This document shows, piece after piece, positions 59,047-64,000 of a DNA stretch of 64,000 nt. The notes below the pieces were generated by a model that made no database searches, was not told the DNA's origin, and was given only the letters and a program-made list of their open reading frames with translations. This stretch comes from Fimbriimonadales bacterium. Lineage in GTDB: Bacteria > Armatimonadota > Fimbriimonadia > Fimbriimonadales > JABRVX01. Where the stretch lies: NCBI GenBank assembly GCA_045862955.1, contig BTVI01000018.1, positions 1 through 64,000 on the forward strand, given 5' to 3'. Position numbers and translations under genes: made by a program. Positions within the stretch are counted from its first letter, which is position 1. Each line of letters opens with the position of its first letter.

Positions 59047-60642
59047 TCAGAACCCTTGGCTGGCGAAGTTGAGAAGGACCACCGAGACGTCCGGGAGAGA
59101 TACCTCGCCGTCACCGTTCACGTCCTCGGGCCGCGGGCCCGAAAGCCCCCACGCCTGCAGGACCCGGTTGATGTCCAGCAGGTCAATCGTGTTGCTTCGG
59201 TCCACATCCCCGTTCCGTGTCACGAAGTCGAACTGAGACTGCCCTCGCGGCAGTACCACCGCAGCGTGGCCCGCCTTCAGCCAGCCACCGCCCGTCAGCA
59301 CCAAGTCGTACTCCCCGGAGTGCCGGAAGCGCGCGGAGTAGTTGCCCTGACCGTCCAGCGTGATGGCAGTCTCTTCCACCACGGTCTGCGTTCCCTGCTC
59401 GCGGAGTTGTAGCGTCAGTACGACCCCCTCGGGGCCGGGCGACCAAGCGTCCAGCGTGACCCGTCCGCTCACATTCACGAAGGTGTTTTGGAGCGCGGCG
59501 GCCACGTTCACCCGCCCGTACTTCACCCAATCCTTGGGCACGACGTTCGACTGGATGATGTCACGAACGGCCAGCGCGAGCCACTGGGCGCGTTCTCCGG
59601 GCTGAGCCAGCAGGCCGTAGATCATCCCGGCCTCTGCCGCCACCAGCGGGGCCGCAAAGCTCGTACCCGTCGAGTTCTTGTAGTCGCCAGGCGGGGTGTT
59701 GAGGCCCGTGGAGAGAAGGTCCTGGCCCGGAGCGGCAACCGTAACCCACGTCCCGTAGGTGGATTGCCAGCCCCGCGTGTCATTCACGTTGGATGCGGCC
59801 ACCGAGATCACCTCGGGATAAGCCGCTGGATAGGACATGCTCGTGTTGTTGCTGTTTCCAGCCGCCGCCACAACCAGCACACCGTTGTTCACGCAGTAGC
59901 GGACGGCGTTGAGCAGGGTCGTGTGCCCGCTGGCCGATACCGAGCTGATGTTGCACACCCTCGCTCCGTGATCCGCCGCCCACGTCAGTCCTGCAGCCAT
60001 ATCCAGCACGGTAATGATGCCGTTCTTCATGATCTTCACGGGCATGTAGCGGCACTGCGGCGCCATTCCCGCAATGCCCTTGCTGTTGTCCATGATCGCC
60101 GCAGCCACGCCCGTGACGCGCGTTCCATGCCAGTGGTCGTCGTACACGTTCGTGTTCTGGTCCTGCACGTTCCAGCCAGGGACGAACTGACCAACGAGGT
60201 CTTCGTGGTCCAGCATCACGCCCGTGTCCAAGATCGCGATGATAGTGTCGGACGAGCCCTTCGTGATATCCCAAGCGGCTTCGGCGCCTACCATCGTCTT
60301 GTCCCACTGCGAGCCGAACAGTGGGTCGTTCGGCACGTACGCGAGCTCCAGCAAGTAGTCGGGGCCGGCGTCTCGCACCCAGGGCAGCTTGCGAAGTCGC
60401 TCTGCGGTCCGGATGGGGTCCACACCGGGTGCCAGACGCAAGACGTGGGTGTTGAGCGCGGGAATGGAGTAGAGACCGTCGCCGACACCCTCGCACATCG
60501 CTCGGAACTCGGCTAGGGTTACAGGACGTGAGACCTCCACCACTACGCGGTCCGGCGCGATGCGAGGCTGCGAGTGTGTGGGTGGCGGCCCCAGAACCAT
60601 CTGCGCAGCGAGAATCGAGACACCGTAGACAAGCCAAAACAT
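59047..60642 (-). CDS. Secreted S8 (thermitase-like) serine protease with C-terminal dockerin-like module
   Basis: Catalytic AILDTG, HGTRVTG, AAAGN, GTSFAAP; C-terminal NGDVDRSNTIDLLD...DVNGDGEVSLPD. Confidence 0.92.
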   Translation of the reverse strand: MFWLVYGVSILAAQMVLGPPPTHSQPRIAPDRVVVEVSRPVTLAEFRAMCEGVGDGLYSIPALNTHVLRLAPGVDPIRTAERLRKLPWVRDAGPDYLLELAYVPNDPLFGSQWDKTMVGAEAAWDITKGSSDTIIAILDTGVMLDHEDLVGQFVPGWNVQDQNTNVYDDHWHGTRVTGVAAAIMDNSKGIAGMAPQCRYMPVKIMKNGIITVLDMAAGLTWAADHGARVCNISSVSASGHTTLLNAVRYCVNNGVLVVAAAGNSNNTSMSYPAAYPEVISVAASNVNDTRGWQSTYGTWVTVAAPGQDLLSTGLNTPPGDYKNSTGTSFAAPLVAAEAGMIYGLLAQPGERAQWLALAVRDIIQSNVVPKDWVKYGRVNVAAALQNTFVNVSGRVTLDAWSPGPEGVVLTLQLREQGTQTVVEETAITLDGQGNYSARFRHSGEYDLVLTGGGWLKAGHAAVVLPRGQSQFDFVTRNGDVDRSNTIDLLDINRVLQAWGLSGPRPEDVNGDGEVSLPDVSVVLLNFASQGF

Positions 60643-60699
60643 GAGCAAAATCCTCCCGGAATACGCGCCCCCCAAAGCGCCGGGGCTATAAGCAATATA

Positions 60700-61296
60700 T
60701 CACAGGTCCCGGCGCCACTGAAGAGCCGACACCAGAGTGGCCTGGTCGGCGTAGTCCAGGTCCCCTCCTACCGGCATACCGTGTGCCAGTCGGCTTACGC
60801 GGACACCCAGTGGTTTTACCAGCTTCGCGATGTACAAAGCCGTCGCGTCTCCCTCCAGCGTCGGGTTGGTGGCGACGATCACCTCCGACACGCCCTCCGC
60901 CGCGACCCTCTCGGCCAGCTCTTTCAAGTGAAGCTGCTCCGATGTGACGCCTTCTGCCGGCGAGATGACGCCGTGGAGCACGTGGTAACGTCCGCGGAAC
61001 TCGTTGGTTCGTTCTATGGCGATCACGTCCCTGACTTCCGATACCACGCACACCGACGATGCGTCGCGTCGTGGGTCGGAGCATACGGGACAGTACTCCT
61101 CGTCCGCCACGTTGAAGCACCGGCGACAGAACCGGATGTTCCTGCGAGCAGCAAGGATAGCCTCGGCGAGGCGCTCGGCTTCTCCCTCGGGGACACGCAG
61201 AAGGTGGAACGCCAGCCTCTGAGCAGACTTAGGCCCCACCCCCGGCAGCTTCTCCAGTTCGCCGATCAGTGTCGAGAGAGAGCGGGGCAGCAGCAC
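60700..61296 (-). CDS. recR: Recombination protein RecR
   Basis: LPGVGPKSAQRLA, C4 Zn finger, ATNPTLEGDATA. Confidence 0.97.
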   Translation of the reverse strand: MLLPRSLSTLIGELEKLPGVGPKSAQRLAFHLLRVPEGEAERLAEAILAARRNIRFCRRCFNVADEEYCPVCSDPRRDASSVCVVSEVRDVIAIERTNEFRGRYHVLHGVISPAEGVTSEQLHLKELAERVAAEGVSEVIVATNPTLEGDATALYIAKLVKPLGVRVSRLAHGMPVGGDLDYADQATLVSALQWRRDL

Positions 61297-61298
61297 GG

Positions 61299-61634
61299 TC
61301 AGAAGGGCATCTGCATGCCTGGGACCTGCGGCAGCATGCTCTGGATCTCGGCCGTGCGCTCCTCGCGGAGCTGATTGGCCTTCAGCGTTCCCTCTCGCAC
61401 GGCGCTGAGCACCAGGTCTTCCAGCATCTCGACATCGTCCGGGTCCACGACGTCTCGGTTGATCTTGATTCCCACCATCTCGCCGGTCCCTGAGAAGGTG
61501 GCTTGCACCATTCCGCCACCGGCCGACACTTCGAGCCGTGCGTCCCGCAGCTCCTGCTCCAGCGCCTGCATGCGCTCCATGGCGTCCTGGAGCTGCTTCA
61601 TCATGTTGCCACCCGGCATCTTCGGTAACTTCAT
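61299..61634 (-). CDS. ybaB: YbaB/EbfC nucleoid-associated protein
   Basis: SAGGGMV...DPDDVEMLEDLVLSA; lies between dnaX and recR. Confidence 0.93.
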   Translation of the reverse strand: MKLPKMPGGNMMKQLQDAMERMQALEQELRDARLEVSAGGGMVQATFSGTGEMVGIKINRDVVDPDDVEMLEDLVLSAVREGTLKANQLREERTAEIQSMLPQVPGMQMPF

Positions 61635-61730
61635 CTCGAACCTCCTCTTTCTATTCCAGAAGCCGACATCCGGCTCGTCGTACGTTCGCCGTCCAGGCGA
61701 TGCTCTCTGTGTCCCTCTAGCTTTTCGTCC

Positions 61731-62061
61731 ATCCTCCCTCTCCCCGCCTCGGGGAGAGGGCTGGGGTGAGGGGTAACCTCAACCCGTTCAGCGGCCCCCC
61801 GCACCCTCACCTCAATCCTCTCCCTCTGAAGAGGGAGAGGAAGCGCTGCTCCTTCCACGTCTGCTCACCATCCTCCCTCTCCCCGCCTCGGGGAGAGGGC
61901 TGGGGTGAGGGGCAACCCCACCCCTTCGGTGTTGACCTCGCACCTTCAGCATCCTCCCTCTCCCCGCCGCGGGGAGAGGGTTGGGGTGAGGGGCGACCCC
62001 AACCCGTTCGGCGGCCACGTTGCACCCTCACCTCACTCCTCTCCCTCTGAAGAGGGAGAGG
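61731..62061. repeat. BIME-like cluster of REP palindromes (CCCTCTCCCC..GGGGAGAGGG.TGGGGTGAGGGG family)
   Basis: Direct copies at about 61731, 61870 and 61951; inverted variants at about 61802 and 62023; related copy near 135-176. Confidence 0.88.
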
Positions 62062-62137
62062 AAGGGAACATCTCCAAGCCTTCCCAACGTTCTGCGCGCC
62101 CGCAATGTGCAGCGGGACGCCCGAGATACCGGACTAG

Positions 62138-63736
62138 CTATTGCCGCTTGCCACCCAGCTGCTCTTCTACCCCCTTCTCCAACTCCTCGCCCTCCAGGTA
62201 GCGCGGGACCGACTCCGGCTGGGGTGGCGGTGTCGTACCTTCGGCCCGAAGCCGAAACTCCAGCGACCACCCCGGCTGTCCGATTACCTCGCGAAACATC
62301 GTTACCAGCTCGCGCGAGGTCCGGTGCTGGGGGTCGGATAGGCGCTCCAGAATCAGCGGACTTCGCACTTCGACGGTCGCTTTCTTACCAGCTACCTCCA
62401 CCACGCGAGAACCGGACAGCGTCTTCTGCGCCGAGGGGAACTTCGCGCTGATTCGTCTCAGCACCTCGGTCCAGACGGGATCCAGCGCCTCCGCTTCCGG
62501 GGGGCGAGGCGCGAGGGGCTCCTCGACGACCGGCGCCCTGAGGTCTGACGCGATTTCGGGCGAAGCTGCGGACACCGCAGCACTCGCTACTGCCTTGGTC
62601 GGCGCAGGCGGCGCTGCGGCGGAAGGGCGCGCTTCTGCCTTGGGCACAGATGTCTCTGCAGCGGTTGCAAGGGAGAGCAGCGCCACCTCCAGCCAAACCC
62701 TCGGAAGCCCAGAGGTTCGCAGCTTGGCGTGCGCTTCGGCGAGGGCCGGCCACACTCGCAGGAGCGTCTCCTTGCCGATGCGCGCCACCTGCTCTTGGAG
62801 CAGCGCCATCCGGTCCGGCTCTACTCCCGGCATCGGGGTGCCGTGCGCGACCCTCGTCAACTCCTCCACCTTGTACAGGATGGACTCCAGGACCGTCCTC
62901 GGCTCCTTGCCCGAGTCGAGCACCTCATCGAGCCTGGCGAGAACCCTGGCCCCGTCCCGCTCCGCGCACGCGACCAGAATGTCCGCCGCAGCCTCCTCGG
63001 AGATCAGCCCGAGGGTGGAGTTCACCAACTCCTGCGTGATCTTCCCCTCCGCCAAGCCCGCAACCTGTTCTAAGAGCGAGAGACTGTCTCGAAAGCCGCC
63101 ATCTGCCATACGCGCGATGGTTGCGAGTGCCCCCGGCTCCGCCTCGATGCCCTCTGCGGCGGCAACGGTTTTCAGACGGGCCACCAGGTTCGGCACGGAG
63201 CCGCGGCGGAACTCGTGCTGCTGGCATCGGCTGCGTATCGTGGGTGGCACCTTGCCCCATTCCGTGGTCGCGAGTACGAACACCACGTGTTGTGGGGGCT
63301 CCTCGATGGTCTTCAGCAGCGCGTCGAAGGCTTTCGCGGAGAGGTCGTGCACCTCGTCTATGATGTACACCTTGAACCGCGTCTCCATCGGCGGGAACTT
63401 GGCGCGCTCGATCACCGATTCGCGAATGTCGTCTATGCCGGTCTCGGACGCGGCGTCCATCTCTATCACGTCCACACACCGTCCGGCGGGGATCGTTTGG
63501 CAGAAGGCACACTCACCGCAGGGCTGAGAAGTGGGGCCCTTCTCACAGTTGAGCGCTTGCGCGAGCAGTCGGGCGGTGGAGGTCTTGCCACAGCCCCTCG
63601 GCCCGCTGAACAAATAGGCGTGAACGAACGTGCCGCGATCCACGGAGTTCCCTAGTGGCCGCGTCACGTGCTCTTGCCCGACGACCTCGTCGAACGCCTT
63701 CGGGCGGTACTTGCGATACAGGGCGAGATGAGCCAT
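62138..63736 (-). CDS. dnaX: DNA polymerase III subunit gamma/tau
   Basis: ALYRKYRP, GPRGCGKTS, PCGECAFC, IIDEVH, LLKTIEEPP, TIRSRC. Confidence 0.97.
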   Translation of the reverse strand: MAHLALYRKYRPKAFDEVVGQEHVTRPLGNSVDRGTFVHAYLFSGPRGCGKTSTARLLAQALNCEKGPTSQPCGECAFCQTIPAGRCVDVIEMDAASETGIDDIRESVIERAKFPPMETRFKVYIIDEVHDLSAKAFDALLKTIEEPPQHVVFVLATTEWGKVPPTIRSRCQQHEFRRGSVPNLVARLKTVAAAEGIEAEPGALATIARMADGGFRDSLSLLEQVAGLAEGKITQELVNSTLGLISEEAAADILVACAERDGARVLARLDEVLDSGKEPRTVLESILYKVEELTRVAHGTPMPGVEPDRMALLQEQVARIGKETLLRVWPALAEAHAKLRTSGLPRVWLEVALLSLATAAETSVPKAEARPSAAAPPAPTKAVASAAVSAASPEIASDLRAPVVEEPLAPRPPEAEALDPVWTEVLRRISAKFPSAQKTLSGSRVVEVAGKKATVEVRSPLILERLSDPQHRTSRELVTMFREVIGQPGWSLEFRLRAEGTTPPPQPESVPRYLEGEELEKGVEEQLGGKRQ

Positions 63737-64000
63737 CGAAGGAGTGGACGCATTGTCGCACATCGCCCCGCCGGATAAGCACCGACGGGACGGCGAATTG
63801 AGCGGTGGGGCGGCGAACGGGAGGGCACTCTCGGCGATAGAGCGCACCGGCTAAAGACTCCCTAGCCCGGCTGCTGTGAGCGCACGACGGGCTCGCCCCA
63901 GCAGAAGACGCCAGAGGCGGCGGCCTCCTCGCTTTCGGCTCGAGCTGCCGGGTGTCCGATTCATACGCCGCCCGCCGGCTAGGGAAGCACGGCTCGCGGT

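Noticed and set aside
61631..62451. Small PSPQPSP-containing ORFs
   Set aside because: They are translations of the REP cluster.
63800..64000. SRP RNA (ffs) expected upstream of dnaX
   Set aside because: The conserved CAGG-GNRA-AGCA helix 8 motif was not found on either strand.

Overview
This is a GC-rich bacterial chromosomal segment. It is probably from Armatimonadota (Fimbriimonadia-like), inferred from gene style and a recurrent C-terminal dockerin-like module, not from a marker gene. It is mostly housekeeping and looks origin-proximal: recF-DUF721(DciA)-comEC preceded by a DnaA-box cluster, rnpB, parAB with a parS-like site, glyQS, dxs, dnaX-ybaB-recR, galT, apt, ltaE, peptide and MacAB-type transporters, and several secreted enzymes. 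The accessory and regulatory highlights are: (1) a compact three-gene operon of a Dam-like adenine methyltransferase, a HerA ATPase and a NurA nuclease, a candidate uncharacterised restriction-like defence system; (2) a duplicated, decaying two-gene cassette (secreted Cys-rich protein plus lipoprotein/membrane partner) carrying poly-G tracts; (3) flgM under a sigma-28 promoter and a c-di-GMP-I riboswitch; (4) an orphan CcrM/M.HinfI-like methyltransferase; (5) several REP-like palindrome families, including a 4 x 78-bp array. I saw no CRISPR array, tRNA, rRNA, integrase or transposase. All calls come from reading motifs by eye; no searches were run.
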